Below the pieces are notes generated by a model. That model worked only from the letters and a program-made list of their open reading frames with translations, was not told the DNA's origin and did no database searches. Position numbers and translations under genes: made by a program. A stretch of 60,048 nucleotides of DNA, the filler included, from Globobulimina sp. (taxonomy: Eukaryota): assembly GCA_003354225.1 (NCBI GenBank). It is 11 parts of 11 records of this genome, joined end to end, with 100 filler letters (N's around TTAATTAATTAA, not from the genome) between each part and the next. Parts side by side here need not be neighbours in the genome. Positions count along the whole stretch, not along the records: positions 32,858 to 38,225 come from PIVH01000612.1; positions 38,326 to 43,686 come from PIVH01000613.1; positions 43,787 to 49,143 come from PIVH01000614.1; 8 more parts are not named here. One strand, given 5' to 3'. Shown one piece after another: positions 35,036 to 46,700 of the stretch. The first letter of the stretch is position 1. Every line of letters starts with the position of its first letter.

Positions 35036-36710
35036 CTAAAAATCATATAAAAAGGGATAATGATACGAATGATGAGCTAAGTGATTAATAACTTTGTGTT
35101 GTTGATGGCATGAAAACATTTTCTTAACAGCTGAATGTTTTGGTGTGTTTGTATATTGTTTATTATATATTTTATTCCAATCAATAATTTGAAAAAATGG
35201 ATGAGATTTAATATCATTGATATCATTATTTAATGAATTTTTACCGAGTCTGTTTTTAGGATTTTTACTTAATAATCCACAAACAATATCTTTTAAGTGT
35301 TGATTCTGAATATCTGAATGTGTATTTACTATATTACCAATGTTATGACTTATAATATTTGTATAAATTGTAACAACATCGTCGGCCTCAAATGGCGTAA
35401 ATCCAGTAAACATTTCAAATATCAAAATGCCCAGCGACCACCAATCAACACCCACCGAATACCCTTCTTCACTTAAAATCATTTCTGAAGCTAAATAATC
35501 CGGTGTACCACATAACGTTTTTGTTAAATAGTTTGCATTTTTATGTAGTTTTGTGCTGAAACCGAAATCGATGAGTTTTAAATAGCCATCATTAGAATAC
35601 ATTAAATTTTCTGGATATATTTTCATGAGAACACATTTCATGAATTCACGGAATCACGGTACATATTTGTAAAACGATTGTTATTCAATTACAAATATTT
35701 GAGCAAGTAATAAGACACTGCGCAAAAATAAACATACAAATGTAAACTGATTCGGTTCATTTGGTATACACAATGCAAGTGTTTACACGGATTTGTGTGT
35801 TTATCGTGGCACATTGTCATAAAATGTGTTGTCAGTCGAATGGGCGAAATACCTGGTTTTAAATCTCTGTAAATTATATTTTTCGAATGTAAATATTCAA
35901 ATATTAATACAATTTGCGAGGAATAAAAGACACACTGAGTAACACTCAAACCATTATATGTTTGTAATAAATCAAAAAATTCACATCCCATTGGTAATAA
36001 TTCAAATGCCAAATAAACGTAATTTATATCTTCAAATGATAATAATAAAGATATTATAAATGGATGTTTTAAACGCGTTTCTTTCAATATTTCACACTCA
36101 TTTTCAATATGTTTCTCTTGTTTCATTTCAATTAATCTTTTTTTATCCAATATTTTTATTGCATATTCTTTTCTTGTTTCCTTATGTTGGCATAAACGAA
36201 CAATGCCAAACGTTCCTGTTTTTGTTGTGTATGTTTTCGTGTTTAATTACAATGTATACATAATCTCAAAAACTAACCTGTTCCCAATATACGTTTCAGA
36301 TTAAATTCAAAGATTACTATTTTTTTATGAAAACATTGCAGACATAAATTGATTATAACAGATGGTATTAAATAATGTGTCTGTAATCTTAAATATCCAC
36401 AAATTAATATCTCATCAAATATTTTTTTGTTTTCAATGTACGAACAGACTGCCTTCATATTTGTTTTTATTGTTTCTGGTTTTATATCTTTGCAGAGTCG
36501 TTGAATATATTTGCAATGCGTTTCATTGTAGCGAACTTTTAACCATTCCCCTTCTGAATCATTAATAATCTGTAATATTTTCCCATTGTACCAGCATTTT
36601 TTTGATCGTGAATAAATTCTACATAATGACCCTTCCTTCCATAAGTTACGAATGCGTAATTCTGGTGAATCATTCAGATACGCTGTTGTGGCAGCTGCAG
36701 TGTCTGTCAT
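35036..36710 (-). CDS. AGC-group (PKA catalytic-like) Ser/Thr kinase with N-terminal extension, three exons
   Basis: LGTG|TFG, YAIKIL, HPFII, YRDLKP|EN, IDFGF, TLCGTPDYLASE, VDWWSLG. Confidence 0.88.
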
Positions 36711-36919
36711 TATATTCAATATTCTAGTTGTTGAACAAAGAAGTTTTCATTAAGATTAAGGATTGCTTGGAAATTATAATTAAGTAGAATGACATAGAAA
36801 ATAACTAAAACAATCATTAATTACACAATGGAAAGAAAAAAAAACAAACGAAAATAATAAATACATGCATGTAAAATGATAAAATAATAAATAATAAGTA
36901 GAGAAATTGAGTTTTATTA

Positions 36920-38225
36920 TTACTGAGTTTGATTTTTAAGCCATTGACTTTCTTTTTGCATTGAAAATAACATAGCATTTGTTTGTTGTTGTCTTAATTG
37001 TGCCTGTTGCTGTTGCCTTAATTGTGCTTGCCGTTGAGGCCTGAATTGTTGATTCATGACTTGATTTATTGAATTATTTATCGAATTTAATTGATTTACA
37101 CTATTAATCTCAGTGATATTATTAATATTTTGTATATTTTGTATGGTTTGATAATGAATGTTTGGTGGATTAAATATTGGCCGTATTGCATTATTTCTAT
37201 TTATTAATGGCAGTCGAGGTATGATCGGCGGTGCAGGCAATGTACTTAAATCCGGCACCAATGGCAATAAATTATTATTATTATTACATTTTTTCTTAAT
37301 TTCTTTGGATTTTACCCGCGATATCGATTTACTTTTTTTCTTACAATCTTTATCTTTTTTACTTTTTTTCTTTGCTGATTTTTTATGTTTCCTTTTCTTT
37401 TTGTTTTTCTTTTTTCTTTTTGACATTTCATAGTCAGAATCACCATCTTCTTCATCTTCCGTCCGTTCTGAATCAGATAACTCTTGCTTTCCTCTCTTTT
37501 TTTTGGTTATAATAAATTCGTCCTCCGAATCATCGTCTTGATCACGACGTTTTTTTCTCTTTTTTTTCGTTTTGGTTTGTTTCTTTTTTGCTTTTTTAGG
37601 CTTTTTCATCAATGGATCATCAAAAGCAACAATTTTTTTGCTGCTACAGCCGACCTTGCCGCTCCTTGAGCTCCTCGACCGCGTATTCCTTAATCCGTAA
37701 TATTGATATTCTGGCAAGGTTTGCGTCCATTTATTTGTATCTGGTTTCCATGCATGGTCAGATATGTCCTCATCACCGTCATTGTCCTCTGATGACTCAA
37801 ATAATTTATCCTCGCTATGACCACTCGATGACGACGCCGTATCTACATATTCTTCAATATCATACCTTATATCCTCATTATTGTGATCCACCGCTATTTC
37901 ATGTGTGATTTGTTGGATTTTAAATTGCTTATCCTTTTCATATCGGTTTTGTACTTTTTTCTTCCTGATATCCAAATTATACTTCCTCGCACCAGGCGGA
38001 TACGCATAAATTACTTTTTTATGTTCCCATTCGGTGCCAATCAGTGGCGATTTGTCATTTAATTCGGTTTTCAGAAAATCAAAGGACGGCGTACCTTTTA
38101 ATTGTTTGGTCAACACCCGATTGCCTCTATTTTTTGTATAGATTCTATGATTTTTAAGCTAGAAGCCGTGCTGTTTTTGAATGGGCGCATTGTTCCATGT
38201 ATGCGGAGACATATAGCCCGGATAT
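36920..38225 (-). CDS. Lys-rich/acidic low-complexity protein, likely 5'-partial
   Basis: ~400-codon ORF with K-rich tracts and Q-rich tail; no domain recognised. Confidence 0.6.
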
Positions 38226-38325
38226 NNNNNNNNNNNNNNNNNNNNNNNNNNNNNNNNNNNNNNNNNNNNTTAATTAATTAANNNNNNNNNNNNNNNNNNN
38301 NNNNNNNNNNNNNNNNNNNNNNNNN
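38226..38325. other. Artificial contig linker
   Basis: N44-TNNT-free linker N44-TTAATTAATTAA-N44. Confidence 0.99.
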
Positions 38326-39089
38326 ATTCCAGACCTTCCCCAATATCAACGACCAGCAAACAGAAAATATTGTGGCGTCCATCGTTACAAATAATATATA
38401 ATGATGAATTATTGTTGCATACATTAATTAAATTTATGCGACAATCATATAATTCTGAAAACATTTTATTTTTATTATCTGTCCGAAAATTACAAACTGT
38501 TTATAAAGCAAACGATGCAAATTCTGAAATTGTTTCAATTTATAATTTATATATTAATCAAAGTTCAACCTATCAAATAAATATTAGTTCTCATTGTTAT
38601 CTCAATATAATGTCCAAACATCATTTATGTCATACTTTGAGCATCAAACAACAACATTGTATGTTTGATTTATGCGTGGATGAAATTGAAAGGTTAATGA
38701 TAACGTCAATATTGCCATCCTTTTATAGATCGCCATTGTTTCAATGTAGTGCTAAGCAATGCAGATATTATGGACGTAATTGTCTTGAAACTCCTTCAAA
38801 AAATTGTTTACATTCATATTCAATTCGAACTGAAAAGAAAAGCTCTACGCCTTCGTTGCGAGCATATAAAATGAGGATAAATGAAATGGAATATGGTGAT
38901 ATTATAAATTGCGAACACTTTGTACAACCTCTATTTGTGAGGGAAAGGAGACCATGTTTCTTACTGCATGTTAAGTGGAACCGTATCTGTGTGCTTTTTT
39001 ATGTTTGCGATATATATTTATATTATTATATGCAGAGCGTTACGGACATAGCAAAGGATGTGGATATCGATATAGATCAAGACTTTTAA
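38326..39089 (+). CDS. RGS (regulator of G-protein signalling) domain protein, 5'-partial
   Basis: LIKFMRQSYNSENILFL, IYNLYINQSSTYQINIS, FDLCVDEIERLMITSILPSFYRS. Confidence 0.8.
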
Positions 39090-39442
39090 GTGAAGTATAA
39101 AATAGGATACAAATATTATTCTCTACCACTTTTACCAATATTTGTAAAATATAGGTTTTATGTGTTGACTGTAATAATGTTTCCACGTACTATTTTTAAT
39201 TACATTTTATATATAGTTCTTCGCGCCAGTTACAAACACTCAGTCAGGAATCAGGATGTAAATCCGACTCCAGCTAGGCTTACAAATAAGTATACGTAGT
39301 AGCAGTGTTTCCGTTTTTTCATTTCTATCGTCTACGTAAAGGTTTCTGAAAATATTTATAACATTTAATTAGAGACGTACAGTGCAGTATACTTCCAGCA
39401 GAATTTTGTTTTTTTGTGAGGGAAATATGATTATCAAACCTC

Positions 39443-39610
39443 AATAAAGTACTGTACATTGTGTATACAGTAAATAAAGTACAACTAAATATATACAGCC
39501 AATAAAGTACATGCGTGTACAGTGTAAATCACGTTGAAAAACGTACATTATGTAAAATGTACTGTACATTATGTAAAATGTACTGTACATTATGAAAATG
39601 TACTGAACAT
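39443..39610 (+). repeat. GTAC-rich degenerate tandem repeats
   Basis: 21-bp unit gtacattatgtaaaatgtact about 3 times (39543-39610), preceded by three aataaagtac-led ~29-bp degenerate units. Confidence 0.8.
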
Positions 39611-39741
39611 TTGCGAGATCACTCTTAAAAACACAAAAACAAGAAATTAACATTTAAAATTTACATTTAGCATAAAACGGTATTAATATATATTTAAAAT
39701 TAAAAGAAATATGTAAATCAGACAAACGTACGTTAATGTTT

Positions 39742-40404
39742 TCATTCTTCAATGTAGGTTTGGTTAAATTTTGTTAATTGAACGGAACAATTTTTTCTCA
39801 TTCTCACACCAAAATAATATGTACCGGTTAATGAAATCTTACACTCCGTACATTCGTCAGCATCATTGATAAAATATCGTAATATCCGCTGTTTGGTATT
39901 AATCTGCAATGTCACAATATCATTAATATCAAACTGATGGGCATAAATTAGACAGTTTTCATTTTCATTTTCAATCACACCATAATTGGAATACCCGTAA
40001 CAAATTTGCTTGAGTCGATATGAATTTGCAATGCCAATTGTTATCAGGGAGCCGTACGTATTTTGAGGCAACTTTAATATTCGAATATTCCATTCATAAA
40101 TACATGTTTTATTGAAATCTATTAACAATGAACCGTAAACAATATGGTGTATCTTGGCATGCGGTGCTTGTAAGATGGACACAATCTGATTTTTTGGGTT
40201 CAATTTGATGATTTCTTTTTTGTATAAGCTTCTGAAACTTTCACGTTGATAATAATAATCTAATACAAGATATGTAATTAATAAAGGTATGTTATAAAAT
40301 GCAATATCGCCTGGAAACAGCTCTTGTTTTTTTCGAATATAACCATTCACACAATATTTTGTGCGGTGTGGAACAAGGTTGATCCATTCGAAAGTTGTTG
40401 TCAT
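39742..40404 (-). CDS. SPRY-like domain protein with N-terminal GYIR...IP...YY motif
   Basis: VYGSLLI, YEWNIRI, ITIGI, YGYSNYG, FDINDIVTLQIN, LRYFIND. Confidence 0.75.
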   Translation of the reverse strand: MTTTFEWINLVPHRTKYCVNGYIRKKQELFPGDIAFYNIPLLITYLVLDYYYQRESFRSLYKKEIIKLNPKNQIVSILQAPHAKIHHIVYGSLLIDFNKTCIYEWNIRILKLPQNTYGSLITIGIANSYRLKQICYGYSNYGVIENENENCLIYAHQFDINDIVTLQINTKQRILRYFINDADECTECKISLTGTYYFGVRMRKNCSVQLTKFNQTYIEE

Positions 40405-40527
40405 TTTGCAAGTAGATAAATTTGTAGATATGTAGATAAATCTGAAGATATACTAGTTAAAGGTGAATTAAAATGTTGTTTTCGGTTTATCTGTGCATCA
40501 AAAAAAACAAAACATTTACTCAACATC

Positions 40528-41085
40528 ATGGTAGAAAGAAGGTTACAATTTATTAAACATGGTTTAATGCATAATGCGATATCTGATGATAAAATTAAAT
40601 CTTTTATGAAAAAAATGGATGATAATGGATATGATTACGATGCAATAAAGGCGGATGTGGCTAATAAGGATTCATCATTTTTATTGAAGTTCTGTCGTGA
40701 TGAACTTATTTCGAATCAATTGTTCGACATATTGCTGCAAACAATTAATAATATAGAAAAAAGTGTTAATATTGAAATTCCGCAATTGAAAAAGGTGGAG
40801 GATCGCACTCAATGCACAGTATTTGGGTTCATTCGAGAATGTGAATTATCATTTAGCAATATGCTGATTCCGCCATTGATATCTTATATATGTTTGTCGT
40901 ATTACTATATTCCAATTGAACCGCTAAAATTATCAAATAATGATTCAATATACGATCTATTAGAAGAAGGATATCGATATAGCTGGGATACCGATTCTAT
41001 GCTTGTTGCAAAATCGCAGGATTTGAGTTGTGAATCAAAAATATTTTACAAGAAACAAAAAAAAAAGCGATGCGTTATAATGTGA
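40528..41085 (+). CDS. Hypothetical protein carrying two recurrent lineage motifs
   Basis: NGYDYDAIKADV...SFLL and VFGFIRE...IPPLISYICLSYYY; 3' part may be truncated. Confidence 0.6.
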   Translation: MVERRLQFIKHGLMHNAISDDKIKSFMKKMDDNGYDYDAIKADVANKDSSFLLKFCRDELISNQLFDILLQTINNIEKSVNIEIPQLKKVEDRTQCTVFGFIRECELSFSNMLIPPLISYICLSYYYIPIEPLKLSNNDSIYDLLEEGYRYSWDTDSMLVAKSQDLSCESKIFYKKQKKKRCVIM

Positions 41086-41095
41086 TAAGTTAATA

Positions 41096-42235
41096 ATGAG
41101 TGTTTGCTGTGTTTTTTTGGTGATTACGAATTTTGTGTTGTGTTTGAAATTCCCGTTTGGGAGAAATATTTTGCGAATTACAAATGTGTTACCCACAAAA
41201 AAAAACTTAAGTTCACTTCTTGGAACATCCAAACGCAATCAACGGAACAGACGGCAAAATGAAATTAATTGTTTCAATGCTACTTCTCAATCAATTGGCA
41301 CAATCTTTCAAAATGGGTACATTGATAACATGGTTCGTCCTATTTGCACAGATTTGTATACCAAATATATTATGTTACTGCATATAGTCTTGAACAAAAT
41401 GTAGAAACTCCATATGGCTTTAAAGAAAAAGACACGTGGGGCAATGCACTAAGTATAGAATGCGACGAATATCCTGATTTATGTAAAATATATGCTGAAC
41501 AAGAGCCATTCGCCGGCGAGGGAGATGTTTGTGGTATGTGACTTATATGGATATATATATATAAGATAAGAAATTAATTTGTGGGAAACAGATCATACAG
41601 ATCCAATATCAGCGACAACAAGAAATGCTTGCAAATTTGCAGTAATGTTTGGTGAAGAAATCGACGAAGAGAGGACTTGGTCATGGAAATGTGCAGAACT
41701 CAGTCAATGTCCATTGCCAGGACGTGTAGGATGTTTAATTACAGATAAACGTATAATGTGTTGCTGTCAGGATGATTTTTGTACATCGGATCCACTGTAT
41801 GCACAGTATGCGGCGTGGGGAAGACCTGATCATTGGCCACCAAATTATGAGGAAATACTAGCGATTGACAGTGGTGATATTGTTGTTGAAGTGGATATTC
41901 CTGGATATGGAAGTGTAGAATCTTCCGACGAATCATATGAATCACACGAATCTGAACAACAATCGCCAGAATCACAAGAATCGGGTCCAAATTATAATTA
42001 TGACGATGCGCGATTGTATTTATATGCAAAACAAGGAAGAGAAAAAGTGATTGAACATCCAGCATTTGTATCGAATAATAATGGTGAAATTATCTCTGTT
42101 GCTCAAATATTATTAATATTTACATATTTTATTGTGGGTATATTCTGTATGGGAACTGGTGTTTTTATTGGATCAAAATGGGGAAATAGTGTTGTTCAAA
42201 AACAACAAGTAAAAAATGAATTTGGTGATTTATGA
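41096..42235 (+). CDS. Cys-rich single-pass membrane protein (Ly6/uPAR three-finger-like end motif), three exons
   Basis: Signal-like N-terminus; plausible introns ~41317-41388 and ~41534-41591; Cys-rich region ending CCCQDDFCT; C-terminal TM ILLIFTYFIVGIFCMGTGVFIG. Confidence 0.55.
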
Positions 42236-42481
42236 AAATTATTATACTTTGTAATATGCTATGACTTTGTATATTTATAATGAATTATTACGTTCAATTC
42301 ACACATTACTGTATTGAGTCTATTGACGTACGCGTTCTTTTCAAAAAACGTTGCTTGGATCCATGTTTTTAAGGTTTTCTTAATTCGTAATCTTTGCGCA
42401 ACTTGAAATTCATCATTATTCGTTAATCCTTGCGCAACTTTATAGTTATAATATGTCTTTGTTTGGTGTCAAAGTCGATAC

Positions 42482-43143
42482 ATGGGCATGTTACTATACT
42501 CATACATTTTTATATACAATGACAATAAAACCAACAAAACAAACAAATCCCAGGCAACGCGCGAGACGACGGCTATTTCAACAATGGTCGTTCAATCTGT
42601 GTGCTTATTAATATCATTCACTTTGTTATGTATTCGAACTAGTCATATCATCAAACAACGAAAACAGATTAGGAAGAATAGCAGACTCGCTTTGCTCACA
42701 CTCTCTCAATTATTAATGATGATATTTAGTTGTTTTTACATGTTCACACATGAATGGAATTATATTCATTTTTATTATTCCTCCAACTCGTTTGATTGTG
42801 GTTTATGGTATGCATTACTTATGACATCTTTATGTTTCACTCCATTCTTTTGTTCATATTTTTAATGCTACGCTCAACCTTCGTTTTTGAAGGCTCATTT
42901 TTTGACATTTCATTAAAAATTAGTATATTCATCATTGTTATTACAACCGTCGGCAATTTACTGTCGTTAACGTTAATTATTATTGATTTTAGACCATATT
43001 TATTGTTACCAAATGTTGGATTTTGTTGGAGAACACTGGACAGATCGGTGTTGGTGGCATGGCAACGTTCCATTTATTCAATTGTGTCATATGTTAAGTG
43101 CAGCCAAATAAAAACACTTAATTCTGAAATCACCCTTGCCTGA
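42482..43143 (+). pseudogene. Multi-TM (GPCR-like) gene fragment, frameshifted and truncated
   Basis: Four TM-like segments with a Cys at the start of the third; frameshift near 42830; sequence character changes near 43060. Confidence 0.5.
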
Positions 43144-43237
43144 CGACTTTCTTCTGCACTACTCATACGTACATTCCCTAAAATTTGTTTAGTTTACAAT
43201 ACCCTTCGCTTATTACAGGATACCATAGCAGCAATTA

Positions 43238-43686
43238 TTAGAAGGTTCCACACACTTGATTGCGTCCACCTTCCTTTGCCTTATACAGATTTTTGTCGGC
43301 TGCTTCTAACAAACCGTCTGGTGTTTGACCTTCCGCTTTTTCTGCAACCCCTAGACTTACCGATACGGTATTACCAACCCGAGAGTGTGTATGGGGTATC
43401 GCCTCATCATTTACCGCCTTCCGTAGGCGTTCAGCAACTAACATCGCACCTTCAATTGAGGTATTAGGTAATAAAACAATAAACTCTTCACCACCGTACC
43501 TTGCAACAACATCTGCAGGTCTCAATATGCATGAGTTCATTGCTTGGGCGACTCGGCGAAGGCAATCATCGCCATCTACGTGGCCATAATTATCGTTGTA
43601 TGCCTTAAATGAATCTATATCAATCATTACAATAGAGAGCGTTGCGCCCTCCCGACTAGCACGCCCCCACTCTCGCCCATAATTCA
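43238..43686 (-). CDS. Bacterial-type diguanylate cyclase (GGDEF), 5'-partial
   Basis: REWGRASR...LSIVMIDIDSFKAYNDNYGHVDGDDCL, RPAD I-site, RYGGEEF, VSVSLGVA, ADKNLYKAKEGGRNQV; intronless and more GC-rich than flanks. Confidence 0.95.
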
Positions 43687-43786
43687 NNNNNNNNNNNNNN
43701 NNNNNNNNNNNNNNNNNNNNNNNNNNNNNNTTAATTAATTAANNNNNNNNNNNNNNNNNNNNNNNNNNNNNNNNNNNNNNNNNNNN
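43687..43786. other. Artificial contig linker
   Basis: N44-TTAATTAATTAA-N44. Confidence 0.99.
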
Positions 43787-46700
43787 AACACGGATATTAA
43801 AATCACGCAAGTTCGGATGTTGACGTTGGTGATCGCAGTGAGGTTATTACGGACCAATATTAACCACTTAATATCATGGAATGTGGACCCATATTCTGTA
43901 GGTTTGAACAGTCAGAAACGCGATGAGCTGGGAATGCAAATAAAAGCATCCAAAACGGTGCGTGAGCGCTACGTGGATTTGTTGAATAAGTTAGTTTTTT
44001 TTAAGCCCACATTGGAAATCAGTAAGTTGATAGAAAAGGACATTCATTCCGATTGCTCTGAATGTTTAAGTATCGGACTGAGCGTGTTTTTCACCGACCC
44101 GTCAGATCGAGTACGCATTTTAATCGAACATGTGGAGAATCTGCTAATTGAAGCGAACCCGCTGCGGTTATTGCTGGCGTCGCGATATTTTAATTCGTTG
44201 AAGAAACCGCATAATTTGATTGCGTTGGTGCCTGCGTTGAAAAAGCAAGCGGCGAACATCAAACATGGCGGTGATAACTTGTTGTTATTGTCGCCTATCT
44301 TGGAACTGGTTTATAATGATTGCAAGAAGGAATTGTACTCATTTTTAGCGCAGCCGCTCACTGCAAAGGACAAAGACGACAACGAAGTGGTGGATAATGA
44401 CGAAAGCAATTTAATTGGCACATTGCGGCAGTTTTTAACTCGAATCTCAGTCTGCATGTTCAACGACAATGACGCGTTTATTTTGGAAAACTATACGTTT
44501 CCATATTGCTTCAGTTTGATGAATAAATGTACGCAGTTATTGCAGTATGCGACGAAGCAATGCATCGCCAAACGATTCAATCTCGAGCAAAAGGCCAAAA
44601 TTGTAGAGATATTTCGATACAAATTAGCCGAGCTGTTGTCTCCCATATTAACCTGTATATGGTCGCTGGATTTGGACCAAAATTTGAAGCTTTGCTCCAA
44701 AATATTGCCGCCGGTGTACGAGTTTATCAGCACATTGAACGATTTTATTCGCGATTTGCCCGACTGTTTGTCGGCAGAGCATGAGTTTATAAACAGTAAC
44801 TTCAACAAAATCATCGTGAAAAGAGACATGATTTCCGAGTCTAACCATCCCGTTCAACGCGGTTTTACCGAGAAACATATATTTATCCCAGGCTCCAAGT
44901 CGTTGAAATTAAGCATTGACAAACAAACATTTAACAGCCAGCAAAATTCAGTTGGCTGTTCCTTGTCGTTTTATAAAAAGTGTGGCCAAAACGAGCTCAT
45001 CGCTTCATTTACGTCGCAACCCTCCAAATCGTTGAATATTAGCGGTGATTCCGTGTACGTTGTATTTAGCTCTGGTTATTCTAACAATGCCTGGGGTTTC
45101 AAAATCGCAGTCAACGCCAAAATCGAAGAGGTACAGTTCCAGCTGCCATGGATTTTAGATTTAGCTAAAAATGCATCCATTATCGCTTCCAAATGTATCG
45201 GAGCCTTTTTGTCCGCCAAAATCAATCCAAAACACCTATTCAAAGACAGTGCTCATAAAACACAATCGGCCACATCCACGCCGACCAAATCGACGCCAGT
45301 CAAATCCAGGCGGAAAAAGGGCAAAAAAGAGAAAAAAAGCCTCGAAAAAGAAAAATCGATATTAAATTTACCGCGCACGGAGGCACACTGGTTATCGTCG
45401 GATTTATTGTCCTCTGGCATATTATTCGAGGATGCCAACAATGTCAAAGAAGTGCAATATGTCCAAAGTATACTGCCTAGCCACAAATATTTCGGGTATA
45501 CGGAAGAGAAACAGTCTGACGATTTCATCGAAGATAACCAGATGAGCTATGAACAGATTATCTCCATCGCGGATTCGTTATTTCCGCTGTTGAGAAATGT
45601 GCGTTGCGCTAAGATCCCCACACCGAAAGATGTGGCATCCTTTGTGGATAACTGCACCATCCACGTCTTTGCTGCTTTATTGCTACATAACAATTTGCTG
45701 AAAGTAGCGCTGAAAGTGATCAATGACAACGACTGTGAGGTGCATAACTTACCCGAGCCAATCATCCGTATTTACAAGACCTCGCAAAAGAATTTCTCGC
45801 AATGGCTATTGCAGAAATTCCAGACAGAATATGCCAAGAAACAGCAGGAGCTGCAGAAGAAAAGAGAGGAAGAGCTGAAAAAGAAAGAAGCCAAAAAAAA
45901 GAAGAAGGCCAAGCAAAAGCGAGCGAGCGTGTTATCGCCGTCTGCGTTTAAAGCAGCATTTGGCATTAATATCGGAGAGGAATTGAAACAGCCACCCTCG
46001 CCGCAGTTGGACGCGTTAGTTGGTATGAACCAAATGTTGGATGATCATGGATTGCCGGTACAAAGTGAGGAGAAACAGGGCGTGGATGGCGAGGAAAAAA
46101 AAGATGAGATGCATGTGATGGATGGTGAGGAGGAGAAGGATGAGGGCTTCAGTGCGGATGATGAAGATGACGACGATGACGACGACGAGGAGTTGCTATC
46201 GACGCTGATGTTGAAAAAAAAGAAACTGGCAATGGTTGATGGTGATGATGGGAGTGACAAAGAGCAGAAAAAGAAGAAAAAAAAGGACATTGACCATAAC
46301 CTATCCACTATCAAATCAGCAGCGAATATGTCCATATCTGGCACAATGGCACCAAAACAGGATAAAATAGCAAAGAAATCGAATGGAACAGCAAAGCTAA
46401 CCAATATAGGCAGTAAATGGGAGGTGAATAAGAAGGAATTGTATGAAGAGATATGCAAAGATATCGAGAATCGATGCAAGTTTTTGTTATCTGTGCTATC
46501 CGTACAACCCTCGATACTCAACATGCCAATGGGATTGACACGGAATAAATCCATGGATAAAGCAGCGGGCAGTGCTGCGGAGAAAACCGACACTAAAACT
46601 GCAGCGTTGACCGCCTGGCAACACATGCAATCGAACGATTTAATGACGTTGAAATATGCGACGCCGGAACAGCGACCGAGTTTGGTCTGGAAATATGTGC

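Noticed and set aside
39443-39530. Three aataaagtac repeats with variable ~19-nt spacers (CRISPR-like look)
   Set aside because: Repeat is only 10 bp, spacers resemble each other (all contain tacag), no cas genes, eukaryotic context; a degenerate minisatellite.
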